Virus record (IMG/VR): IMGVR_UViG_3300020442_002364
Coordinates: 19,428-83,427 of that record
Direction: 5' to 3' (one strand)
DNA length: 64,000 nucleotides
DNA from: a virus
The notes under the pieces were generated by a model, which ran no database searches, was not told where the DNA came from, and was given only the letters and a program-made list of their open reading frames with translations. This document shows positions 48,389 through 57,600 of the stretch, piece after piece (position 1 is the stretch's first letter; each line of letters opens with the position of its first letter). The translations under genes and the position numbers were made by a program.

Positions 48389-48775
48389 CTAAACCATGTA
48401 AAGGTAACCACCTGACCAGTCTGCACGCTTAAGGCACTCATCGCAACTGTCGCTGTCAAGGAGGTTGTAGCGCACATGCTTGGCGGGAGACTTCCAACCT
48501 GCGGGTTTGTATACGTCACCAGTCTTCTTGTCAACGAAAGCATGAACACTACGCTGGTTGTTGACCATAACGATCTTGTAGTATTTGCGCCCCTCTTCGA
48601 TCTCGAAGGAGTAGTCGCACTTACCATCCAGCAATTCGTTGATGCAGTTCTGGTGATAACCAGTGCTGTCACCATCTTTCATGATGGAGCGGTTGTGACT
48701 GTGGATGCTGTAGCTCTTGAAGTCCTCTAGCAGTGCGGTAACAAGGAGGTTGGTGCGTTGGAGGACGGGAGTCAT
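48389..48775 (-). CDS. Conserved phage early protein (128 aa)
   Basis: GRKYYKI...SVHAFVDKKTGDVYKPAGWKSPAKHVRYNL...ADWSGGYLY; boxed promoter upstream. Confidence 0.8.
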   Translation of the reverse strand: MTPVLQRTNLLVTALLEDFKSYSIHSHNRSIMKDGDSTGYHQNCINELLDGKCDYSFEIEEGRKYYKIVMVNNQRSVHAFVDKKTGDVYKPAGWKSPAKHVRYNLLDSDSCDECLKRADWSGGYLYMV

Positions 48776-48858
48776 GGTGTTTCTGTGTTTGATATACTAA
48801 GTATATCAACTCCTAGGGGCGCAGCAACCACCCCTGTGACACTAGTCAAACTGTCCTG

Positions 48859-49131
48859 TCACTCATCAAAGTCCCAGTCTTCCGTGTCATCATCACTGTT
48901 GTACCACATGTTATATGATTCGGCGTCCTCATCGTCAAACTTGTCATGTGTCCATTGCAATATACTGAGTCCTGCTAATGAACTTACGTGAAGTGTGCTG
49001 TCACCATCATTGACACAATGAGCACGACGAACCCACATCGTAAGAGGATGATCTGGTTCGTGACATTCGAGAATATCCAGTAACTCCTGAAACTGTTCTC
49101 TGTTTAAATGCTTATGTTCTATTTGCTCCAT
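48859..49131 (-). CDS. Hypothetical acidic protein (90 aa)
   Basis: ORF track. Confidence 0.6.
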   Translation of the reverse strand: MEQIEHKHLNREQFQELLDILECHEPDHPLTMWVRRAHCVNDGDSTLHVSSLAGLSILQWTHDKFDDEDAESYNMWYNSDDDTEDWDFDE

Positions 49132-49802
49132 TGGGTTCGCTCAATGATTTCAATCTTATTTGCAGCAACTTGGTCACAGTATTCCAGAACAGCTTTGTTC
49201 AAGTTCATACGTTCGCGTGAATACTCAACTAAAAATCCTGGTTTTCTGAATTTTAGGTCAACTTCCTTGTTTGCTGCGCGGTGTGGTGATGCCTGTGCGA
49301 AGTCTGTACCGTCATATGTACAGTCTTGCGTAGGTATGATGATTGAGTTGTTACTCATAGGAGTAAACGACATGGTATCATCCACTTTTATAACACGTCT
49401 TTCCCTACAAGACAAGTTATTTGCGTCAGGATCAACACCAATACAGATAGCATCCGCATCGTTAGTCAATGCTGTGAATCTTGTTAGTCCAGATATACGC
49501 AAACTAAGATATGTCCCAGGTCTATAGCGTAATGCTTGAGCATAACCAGCAGTCTCACTCAACCATACACCCTCGGGAAATAAGAGACAACGACTATGTG
49601 CATAGAATCTACGTAGATAATCGATTGCACTAACCTGTAACTTGTCATGATGAATCTGCTTCACCATGTCAATGTTATCTTGTTTCACATAGATCTTCTC
49701 TTCTTCTGGATCATCTCCGAAGAATTTAAAACCTGCTTGACAACCACCATAATAAAGAACTGTGATGCCGTCAAGGCAATCACGAGTCGTCACTTTATTC
49801 AT
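49119..49802 (-). CDS. Hypothetical protein (227 aa), paralogue of the upstream 243-aa protein
   Basis: Shared R[IF][SP]GL.R.T and C-terminal IEI[IV][ED]R motifs. Confidence 0.7.
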   Translation of the reverse strand: MNKVTTRDCLDGITVLYYGGCQAGFKFFGDDPEEEKIYVKQDNIDMVKQIHHDKLQVSAIDYLRRFYAHSRCLLFPEGVWLSETAGYAQALRYRPGTYLSLRISGLTRFTALTNDADAICIGVDPDANNLSCRERRVIKVDDTMSFTPMSNNSIIIPTQDCTYDGTDFAQASPHRAANKEVDLKFRKPGFLVEYSRERMNLNKAVLEYCDQVAANKIEIIERTQWSK

Positions 49803-50526
49803 AAACTCTATCTACGATTTCGATAAGACCTCTTTCAACTTGATCCAACCAACTGTTTAAGAACTCTGAAACATTAGGTTCTGCATCTGTGAACTCAATG
49901 AGGACATTAGGTTCATCAGAAGTAATCTTAATTGTGTCTAGTTCAGATACGGTGAATGGAAAATGCTGATACATCTTGGTATTATGATACCATGCATCCT
50001 TCAAAGGCACAAGTATCGTTCCTACTTTGCTAGGAGTATATGTCAGAGAACCATTAACTATGAGTATATTTCTATGAAGTGCGGATCTATTCTCAAAACC
50101 AGTGCAAACACAATTACCCTTTTCTTCCATGGATGTTAATCTTGCCAACCCAGGGAATCTAAAGTGTGTAAATGCGCCGTCGTGATAGATAAAAGATTTG
50201 TTAGCAGGTTTGAGTGAGTCACTTTTCCACTTAGACCCAAACATAACTGTACGATGATGCACCTGCAGCGTGTCACCAAGACCAAAGATTACATCCTGAT
50301 GTGTGTCTACAGGACCACCTGGGTGATCAGTAATCCATTGGCGCACAATCTCACTGTGGTTCTCTAAAACAACCTCTTTGAGAGGATCTGGATCATTACC
50401 AAATAGTTTTTTACCGAGAAGTGCGTCAGTGCAACTAAAAATATTCAACCCGACAGACTCAATAACCCTACCGAAGGAATATTCAGCGATTCTGCTGTCT
50501 TGGAGTTGTGTAAGATCTAGTGTCAT
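49795..50526 (-). CDS. Hypothetical protein (243 aa)
   Basis: ORF track; coupled to its neighbours in the fibre operon. Confidence 0.7.
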   Translation of the reverse strand: MTLDLTQLQDSRIAEYSFGRVIESVGLNIFSCTDALLGKKLFGNDPDPLKEVVLENHSEIVRQWITDHPGGPVDTHQDVIFGLGDTLQVHHRTVMFGSKWKSDSLKPANKSFIYHDGAFTHFRFPGLARLTSMEEKGNCVCTGFENRSALHRNILIVNGSLTYTPSKVGTILVPLKDAWYHNTKMYQHFPFTVSELDTIKITSDEPNVLIEFTDAEPNVSEFLNSWLDQVERGLIEIVDRVYE

Positions 50527-50972
50527 TCTGCTGCCTTCGATGCTTCTTCAAATGCATTGTCAAAGTCTTCTGGACCATGTACGTTAGCAACCTGAACTGT
50601 AGAGAGAACTGGATCGAGAATTGTAGAGTTCTTCTTGTACATAGCTTCTCTATGCCTATTCATAGTAGCAGGTTCAACAGTCTGAGGTGTGTTGAGAATA
50701 GCAGTTAAGGCAAGAACCAGAGGTTTCTTATCCTGTTCTTCTTTCTTTAACTTCTCTACCTCCCAGAATACCATCTGTGCAACCTGAAACAGGACTGGTT
50801 CTTCTGCCTCTGATTTCATGTTGTTTACATTAAAGACTACAACATAGTCATCTTCAAGCTTCAGTTCAGGAGAGTTGAAGTGAACTTCAAAACTACCGTC
50901 CTCTGAGTTGTAGTTCTTACATGTAAATGTTGGTGCCAAACTAGCATCAACAACGAATTGTGGATCAAACAT
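50523..50972 (-). CDS. Hypothetical protein, possible fibre/adhesin chaperone (149 aa)
   Basis: AGGAG RBS; immediately downstream of the adhesin gene. Confidence 0.65.
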   Translation of the reverse strand: MFDPQFVVDASLAPTFTCKNYNSEDGSFEVHFNSPELKLEDDYVVVFNVNNMKSEAEEPVLFQVAQMVFWEVEKLKKEEQDKKPLVLALTAILNTPQTVEPATMNRHREAMYKKNSTILDPVLSTVQVANVHGPEDFDNAFEEASKAAE

Positions 50973-50981
50973 TTTTTACTC

Positions 50982-51860
50982 CTAGTTAATGCTACGACCT
51001 CTGCGGTCGCCTGTTGTTACCCAACTATAGACATATGACGCTCCATCTATATATGCCCCACGGGTGCCACCGCTATATGATGAGTTTTGACCATTTTGAC
51101 CGATGCCGCCACCACTGCCGCCACCGTTGGATCCGCAACCTGAGGAACCTCCTCCTCCGCCACCACCGTCGGCGTTGCCATTACCACCACCGCCAGATCC
51201 AGAACCACCAGGCAGACCAGCGCCACCGCCTCCACCACCACCATTTACTCCATATGAGTATTGGTATGATCCTTGGCATTGACTACCTTTCATGCATCCA
51301 TACTGATAGTTAGCTGTGGCGTTGCAGGTTCCGTTGTTACCTCCACCGCCTCCACCACCGCCGCCAGCGAGGAGACCATTATTTCTAATTGCTACACTTG
51401 TTCTAGTATAAAGACCAGTGGATCCACCGCCACCATTACTGCCGCCACGATTACCACCGTTGCCACCACGTCCTTGAATACGTTGTCCACTATTAATTTT
51501 GAGATAAACTCTACCATTAATATTACCAAGATTCATTGCAGTGTTACCACCTTGATAGCGGTTAGTTTCTACAACACCCTTGATAGTTTGAGAACCATTC
51601 CATCCCTGCCCAGACAACCAACTACTTAGGTTGAATGTAGAGTTTGTATTGCCATTGAGAGTGACTTTAAATCTAAAAACATCAGAGTTGTGAATAGTTC
51701 TCCACGATCCACCTTGCTTAATATAAACTTGTTTAGAGGTCCTCCATTGACCTCCACTCTTTACATAAACTTGATCTAGATTTCTCCAGTTGCCACCAAT
51801 CTTGAGCTCTAAGTGTTCGTCAAGAACTCTTGCTTCTTCGTCGTTATACGGTAACGCCAT
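50982..51860 (-). CDS. Gly-rich receptor-binding adhesin, T-even gp38-like (292 aa)
   Basis: IQGRGGNGG, IRNNGLLAGGGGGGG, polyglycine tracts and a C-terminal W..GDRRG resemble T2-type gp38. Confidence 0.75.
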   Translation of the reverse strand: MALPYNDEEARVLDEHLELKIGGNWRNLDQVYVKSGGQWRTSKQVYIKQGGSWRTIHNSDVFRFKVTLNGNTNSTFNLSSWLSGQGWNGSQTIKGVVETNRYQGGNTAMNLGNINGRVYLKINSGQRIQGRGGNGGNRGGSNGGGGSTGLYTRTSVAIRNNGLLAGGGGGGGGGNNGTCNATANYQYGCMKGSQCQGSYQYSYGVNGGGGGGGAGLPGGSGSGGGGNGNADGGGGGGGSSGCGSNGGGSGGGIGQNGQNSSYSGGTRGAYIDGASYVYSWVTTGDRRGRSIN

Positions 51861-51876
51861 GTTATCTAATCACCTA

Positions 51877-54800
51877 TTAATACTTATACCAGATGTCGCC
51901 ATCGCTTCCGCCAGATGGATTACCTGTGGAAACTGTTCTCTTTCCATATGCGTTAGAGTTAGAGTTAACAGAGAAACTGACTGCTCCAGTAGAAGCATTG
52001 ACAGAAGCTCCATTCCATCCAGTTCCAACTGCAAGAGATTGAACACCAGTGTTGTTGATGGTAACTGTACCATTTCCATTGGTGATGCTGATACCAGTAG
52101 AGGAACCGAGAGTTGCTTTACTGAATCCACTAGATCCACCGATGAGCAGTTGACCATTAGAAAGAGAAGATGCATCAATTCCAGTACCACCGTAGTTTCT
52201 GGCGATAATGGATGCCTGCCATACACCTGTAGTAAGTGTACCAACAGTAGTAACGTTGCTGAAACTAGTAAGTGCCGACTCAAGTGTCGCTTGTGTTGTT
52301 GCATCGAGAGCATCAATGTTCTGCAGAGTTGCAGTACCAGATGAATCACTAACAACTTGAGATGTACCAACAGTAAGTTGTCCACCAGATACAGTCAAGT
52401 CACCTGCCATCGAAACGTTTCCGTTAGATGCAGTTACGTTAAACTTGTTAGTGTTGACGTTAAGATTTCCAGTCAAACTTAAAACACCACTAACAGCAGT
52501 AGTAGCATTTCTGAGTGTCAGTGTGCCAGTGGTAGCACCAACAGTCATCGCAGTTGCAGCACCAGCAAGATTTACTGTAGTTGCAGTAGCGTTGATCAGG
52601 TTGAATGTGGTTGCTGATGTAGTCAGGTCACCACCATTGACAGCGAGATCTGCACTACAAGTTACATTACTAGACAGAGTTGATGTACTTGTTACTGCAA
52701 GTGTGCCACCCAAAGTTGTAGCACCACTGTTAACGTTCAGTGTGCCAGTGCTCTGAACATCGAGACCTAAACCATTCTTAAGTTGCAGATCTCCAGTTGC
52801 ATCAGTAGGACCAGAACCACCAGAAACCGCCATGTTTCCAGTGTCAGATAGACCCCACTTGACCCACTCAGCACCAGTCCAATACCAACCAAGATATTGA
52901 CCACGAGTGATATTTTCAAGTAACTTCCAGTCTCCTGTGTTTGCCTGAGTAGTTGAGGATGGAGTTGATCCAACAATGTCAATGTTCTTCTGAGATTCAG
53001 ATGCACCACCAATCGTGATGTCATTAGCAGTCAGAGTGTCATCAACCGTAGCTTCCTTCTTGACAAGTAACTTTCCTCTGATTTCACTCTCAAGAGTTTC
53101 AGATTCAACAGTAAACTTATCACGAATGATGATCTCATCAAACGTAGGACGTAAGTTAGCAGTCTCACCAACAATAGAAAGTGTTGGAGTATCCAGATCT
53201 GCTTCTTCACCAGTAACAGAACTAATCTTAGTGTTACCAATAAACAGGTCACCATTAGAGTTCAGACCAGAATAGAATGCGATACCACCTTCTTCTTTCT
53301 GTGACTGTGCCAGCAGAACTTCTTCATCAGTAAGAACTCTGTTTTGTACAGATGGAAGACCAGTAGAGTAGTTACCAGGACCGAAACCAACATATTCAAA
53401 TGTATGGTTACCAGATCTAAGAATAGATGGTCTACGAAGTTCAGTCTCAGTACCACCAGAGTTATTGACAAGAACCATTCTCTTGTCTCTGTCTACCTCA
53501 TTAGCATTGCCATCGCGAGCTTCAAGTGTAATGTAGTTCGCAGTTGCAGGATCGGTAGTAGTATAGTTGGTGTAATTGTTTCTCTGCTCAACGACATATT
53601 GACTCATCACCTCTTTGGTGATAGACAATTCTTTTGCTTCGTTGTTTGAACCATCGGTAGTGGTAACAAGACCAACAGTAACGTTACTTGCTACGGATGT
53701 TGCTGCACCTGGGTCCTCAACTGGGTTATCTTTGTCCAGTGATGGATACAAGTCATTAATGTTTTGAGAGAAACCAAAGGAGTTGACGTTAGAGTCAGTA
53801 GGAGAAATACTACCATTGACAATCGTCATGTAGTAGATACCATTCTGAATACCTTTGATTAGCTTCTGTGCTTTCTCAATATCATAGATGTAATAGGTGT
53901 TACCATAAGACTGACCAGTTGGTACGTTTCTTGTCTGAATGATGTAACCATTGATAGGATCTCTTTGCAGAGTATTTGCTGCACTATCAACAACATAACG
54001 TACACGATAAGTTCTATCTCTAGAAGATCTGTTATCAGGTACACGACGTAAGAAACCTGCACCAGTGAACAGAGAGTTGATATAGAATGTATCAGTTGCT
54101 AAGTGCTCATGGATACCAGCATGTCCAGTATTAGCAGATGTAGAAGAACTACCAGATGTGGCAGCAGTTACTCTAACATACCAGTTGTTAAGTGAAGAAT
54201 CATATTGGATTGGGTGATCTGGATCCCCAGGAATAAACTGTTGTTCAGTGACAGCAGTATAATCAGTATCAACTGGAGTGGTAGTACCCTTTGGAGTAAT
54301 TAAAGCAGCATAAGTCGTAGGTGTAGATGCATTATCAGTATTAATCAAAGAAACATACAAGATATCTTGCTTTCTAGCACCAATGTTGAAACCTTGTAAT
54401 TTATAAGGTGGTTTGGTTGCCTGTGATGTATATCCATAGAGATACAATCTTGTATCAACTGGACCGATATATGCCCATGTAATACTACCGTCAGATGCAG
54501 TGCCAGTAGTATGTGTAGGAGGTGTAGATCCTGCTTGTACTGCTTGAGAAGATGCTGCTAACTGTGCAGAATAGTATGCATTTCCATTGTAAGTACAAGA
54601 GTGTTCACCACCAGGGGCATTGAAACTTGCTGATGCTGACCACGCTTTATTGCCTGCAGATGCCTGATATTGTACTTTTTGTACGTCCAGAGCAACATAT
54701 CCAACAGGGATTTCATTGATAGTACCCTTATATCCAGAAATACCAGTTCCAGTTGTGCCACGATAACCTCTATTGAAGGTCATCACACCGCTAGTTGGGT

Positions 54801-56541
54801 TAACAGATGCTACTTTATATGCTTCCTGATCATCAATTTGTACAAAACGAACGTAATCACCTACAACAATACCATGATTAGCGTTAGCTGGAGTAGGAGT
54901 ACAAGTAATATTGTTTTGAGTTAGTGCAAACGTATATCCATTGACCTGAGCATAAGATCTACCTAACTTCTTAGGTGGGATAACGTGTGTAATTGTACCT
55001 GCCTTATCCTGAGTAAATGGCAGTGCTTTGTATCCTTTTGCTCTAAGTGCAACCGATCCAAAGTTGGAGTTAGAGTTAGTAATTGACTGGTCACCACCGC
55101 TCAATGCGACAAAGTGATCAGCGAAACCAACGGCGAAAACCGAAACTGCCTGAATAACAGAATCGTTAGAGCATTTAATATGGAAGTTTCTGTATGTTGA
55201 TTTGTAGATAGCATCACCATCGGTGTGACCACCAGCAACATAGTTAGCACCATCCCATTTAATAAAGGCATTGTCGTCTTTCTGCAACGACACACCCGTA
55301 AACTGGGCAACAACCATCGACTTAAATCCAGTCGCCTTGTTACCATCGGCGTGCATACCACAAATACCCCACGTAGAACGTAGAGAGATGTTAAAGATGT
55401 ATGGAGATGCAGAGTCTACGTTATCAATTTCAACTTTAACAGTTGAACTTAAGGAACCTGGGTTACCAGATGGAGCTCCACTACCAGCGTTCTTAATTAC
55501 ATATCTAAAGGTTGTAGTGGTTGGAATCTCACTGATGAAGAAAGAACCATTAAATCTATCTGCATCAGTTCCATCTACACCTTCAATCAATACAGGAGTT
55601 CCTACCGAGAACCCGTGTGCTGTTGCTGTGGTAACTTCTGCGGTTGTCGTAAATACGTTAGATGAAACGTAATCAGTAACAAGAGAACTAATGGAGATAG
55701 GACCTGAAGTATTTGGACCAACAATTCTATTTTCTTCAACTCTCGCTTGAAGTTCATCGGCACTCAATACACTTGTAGTATCAGGAATATCTGCAAATGC
55801 CTTTGCAACTTTTTGATAGTAAAGGTCAAGGTCAGTTACAGTGAGGGCATTGCCATCTGTACCGTTGATGGAAGAAGCAATGTTTTTACCATCAGCATAC
55901 TCAAAACAAGTAAGTTTATGGTGAGAGTATGATGGTGGAGTAGATGCAGTTGGTTGTTGTGGGTCAGTGTAGACACCAGTCTTAGGACCATCAAAGAAAG
56001 AGAACTGCCAGAAGTAGCAACCACCCGTTACACGCCAGATAGCAGATCTATCGATAGCACCTGCAGTAGGATCAGGAACATATAGAGGTCTAATCTTAGT
56101 TTTTCTCAGGTCCATACCGACCAAAGAAGTACCTCTAGGTACGATTACACCACCCTCAACAGAGTTGAATCTATAAAGAACGTTGTTAGAGTTAGGTGTT
56201 CCATCTGCATTTTGCAGATCAAAGTTCGTCGAAGAGGACAGAACTGCAATGTCAGATGGGATAAATGCTTGATTTGATGTATTTCTACCTGGGCGGTTGT
56301 CGATTACATACTCACCAGGATATAATACAATAGTAAATGACTCGAAGGCGTCATTATATTGTCCAGTTCTGTAGGAGAATCTGGCAGCCTCAAGTAACGC
56401 TCTCTGAATCGACTTGAATGGTCGGTTAGGAGAGTTACCTCTGTTTTCAAACGAATCCGATGCGTCGAAATCGTCTGGGTTGACGTATAAACAGCGACCT
56501 GTCTTCGATGTGAAGACGTTCTTTAGTCTTGTAAGTGCCAT
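51877..56541 (-). CDS. Long tail fibre/structural protein (1554 aa)
   Basis: MALTRLKN..., RPFKSIQRALLEAARFSY, RRPSILRSGNHTFEYVGFGPGNYSTGLP, C-terminal PSGGSDGDIWYKY. Confidence 0.85.
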   Translation of the reverse strand: MALTRLKNVFTSKTGRCLYVNPDDFDASDSFENRGNSPNRPFKSIQRALLEAARFSYRTGQYNDAFESFTIVLYPGEYVIDNRPGRNTSNQAFIPSDIAVLSSSTNFDLQNADGTPNSNNVLYRFNSVEGGVIVPRGTSLVGMDLRKTKIRPLYVPDPTAGAIDRSAIWRVTGGCYFWQFSFFDGPKTGVYTDPQQPTASTPPSYSHHKLTCFEYADGKNIASSINGTDGNALTVTDLDLYYQKVAKAFADIPDTTSVLSADELQARVEENRIVGPNTSGPISISSLVTDYVSSNVFTTTAEVTTATAHGFSVGTPVLIEGVDGTDADRFNGSFFISEIPTTTTFRYVIKNAGSGAPSGNPGSLSSTVKVEIDNVDSASPYIFNISLRSTWGICGMHADGNKATGFKSMVVAQFTGVSLQKDDNAFIKWDGANYVAGGHTDGDAIYKSTYRNFHIKCSNDSVIQAVSVFAVGFADHFVALSGGDQSITNSNSNFGSVALRAKGYKALPFTQDKAGTITHVIPPKKLGRSYAQVNGYTFALTQNNITCTPTPANANHGIVVGDYVRFVQIDDQEAYKVASVNPTSGVMTFNRGYRGTTGTGISGYKGTINEIPVGYVALDVQKVQYQASAGNKAWSASASFNAPGGEHSCTYNGNAYYSAQLAASSQAVQAGSTPPTHTTGTASDGSITWAYIGPVDTRLYLYGYTSQATKPPYKLQGFNIGARKQDILYVSLINTDNASTPTTYAALITPKGTTTPVDTDYTAVTEQQFIPGDPDHPIQYDSSLNNWYVRVTAATSGSSSTSANTGHAGIHEHLATDTFYINSLFTGAGFLRRVPDNRSSRDRTYRVRYVVDSAANTLQRDPINGYIIQTRNVPTGQSYGNTYYIYDIEKAQKLIKGIQNGIYYMTIVNGSISPTDSNVNSFGFSQNINDLYPSLDKDNPVEDPGAATSVASNVTVGLVTTTDGSNNEAKELSITKEVMSQYVVEQRNNYTNYTTTDPATANYITLEARDGNANEVDRDKRMVLVNNSGGTETELRRPSILRSGNHTFEYVGFGPGNYSTGLPSVQNRVLTDEEVLLAQSQKEEGGIAFYSGLNSNGDLFIGNTKISSVTGEEADLDTPTLSIVGETANLRPTFDEIIIRDKFTVESETLESEIRGKLLVKKEATVDDTLTANDITIGGASESQKNIDIVGSTPSSTTQANTGDWKLLENITRGQYLGWYWTGAEWVKWGLSDTGNMAVSGGSGPTDATGDLQLKNGLGLDVQSTGTLNVNSGATTLGGTLAVTSTSTLSSNVTCSADLAVNGGDLTTSATTFNLINATATTVNLAGAATAMTVGATTGTLTLRNATTAVSGVLSLTGNLNVNTNKFNVTASNGNVSMAGDLTVSGGQLTVGTSQVVSDSSGTATLQNIDALDATTQATLESALTSFSNVTTVGTLTTGVWQASIIARNYGGTGIDASSLSNGQLLIGGSSGFSKATLGSSTGISITNGNGTVTINNTGVQSLAVGTGWNGASVNASTGAVSFSVNSNSNAYGKRTVSTGNPSGGSDGDIWYKY

Positions 56542-56557
56542 TTAGATTCTCTAGTTA

Positions 56558-57595
56558 TTAGTATGCGGATACGGTTACTGCTTCCTCAAAACCGACAAGA
56601 CTGAACTGTACTTGTGCGGCACATGCTACGTAGATGGATTGATATTGCCCGAGGACAATACCAGGGATCTCAAGAGTGCCATTATCAGAAACGCTCACTT
56701 CCTTAACGATATAATTTTCTTGGTTGACGGCAGCGACACTAGCAATTTGTACCTCAGATCCGTCATTACCAACAAATTCAGCAACAGGAGTAGTTGATGC
56801 ACCAGTTACCGCGTTGATAGCAGTAATGGTTGTGGTAAATGGACGAGACTTAAGGTTATTGTAAGCGTCAGTTACATATGCAGCGCCAGCGGTCGATGTC
56901 TTCTTCTCACCAGTTCCACCAGTATTACCAAGAGTAAACAGATACTTATACTTGAGATTATTCTCATGCTCAGCATTGTTTACATAGCAAATACCATCGT
57001 AACCATCATAATATCTTAGTAAACCATCATTACCTCTAGCAACAGAAGAACCTGCATAGGAAGGTCCCATAGAAATAGTACCTCCACCAGCACCAGTAAT
57101 GGTGAAGTCAGCAGGAGATCCGCTGTTTGCAGTGACTCCAGCAGGATGACTCATGTCATACAACCAAAGTTTTGTATTGGCAGAATCCCAGTAATGAACC
57201 TTTGCCGTGTGGTTGTTAGTTCCATCCAGAGGATTGGTTACGTTAGGATTCGTCCAAGTTACAACCTCAGTTTGGTTAAATGCTGTGCTGTTCCACGTAC
57301 CAATAACATAATGAGAACTTACTCTAGCTTGTCCACCCTGTCCAAAGTTATAACCTTCTTTCTGCGCTGCGGTCCCTGCCATTGTGATTTGGTCAGTAGA
57401 CTCAACAATAGCAACATCAACAGTGGCAGCACCACCAGAAGTGTTAGAAATTCTTAACGTACCACTAGTTAATGTTTGCCCAGGGCAAGTGTAAATGTTA
57501 AACCCAGTAGAGGTTAACTGCGTCCCTGCCGCTTGCATTAAGTTCGTATGCTTTGTTAGTCCAGGGGTATACTGGGCTAGTAAACCGTTTGCCAT
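56558..57595 (-). CDS. Virion structural protein (345 aa)
   Basis: MANGLLA...IYTCP...; C-terminal GIVL....IYV...FSLVGFEE. Confidence 0.7.
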   Translation of the reverse strand: MANGLLAQYTPGLTKHTNLMQAAGTQLTSTGFNIYTCPGQTLTSGTLRISNTSGGAATVDVAIVESTDQITMAGTAAQKEGYNFGQGGQARVSSHYVIGTWNSTAFNQTEVVTWTNPNVTNPLDGTNNHTAKVHYWDSANTKLWLYDMSHPAGVTANSGSPADFTITGAGGGTISMGPSYAGSSVARGNDGLLRYYDGYDGICYVNNAEHENNLKYKYLFTLGNTGGTGEKKTSTAGAAYVTDAYNNLKSRPFTTTITAINAVTGASTTPVAEFVGNDGSEVQIASVAAVNQENYIVKEVSVSDNGTLEIPGIVLGQYQSIYVACAAQVQFSLVGFEEAVTVSAY

Positions 57596-57600
57596 GATTT

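Larger units (their letters stand above)
37786..48858 (-). promoter_or_regulatory. Family of early promoters: -10 hexamer plus a 24-bp palindromic box (consensus TGTG[AC]CA[CG]-N8-[CG]TG[GT]CACA) 28-31 nt upstream
   Basis: Boxes start at 37821, 38117, 38474, 39040, 39597, 40239 (N9), 40310 (no minus-strand -10), 41062, 42747, 43009, 43525, 44087, 44861, 46586, 48835; another at 63096. Confidence 0.85.

Noticed and set aside
37786-48858. Recurring TGTGCCA repeats as a CRISPR array or integron attC-like cassette sites
   Set aside because: Spacing is irregular (hundreds of nt), copies are degenerate, and each has a fixed distance to a -10 hexamer. No cas or integrase gene is in the window, so a promoter element fits better, although a secondary role in recombination cannot be excluded.
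51870-52385. 171-aa Leu-rich alternate-frame ORF inside the fibre gene
   Set aside because: Its composition is the expected frameshift shadow of Thr/Ser/Ala/Gly codons; no RBS or slippery site was noticed.
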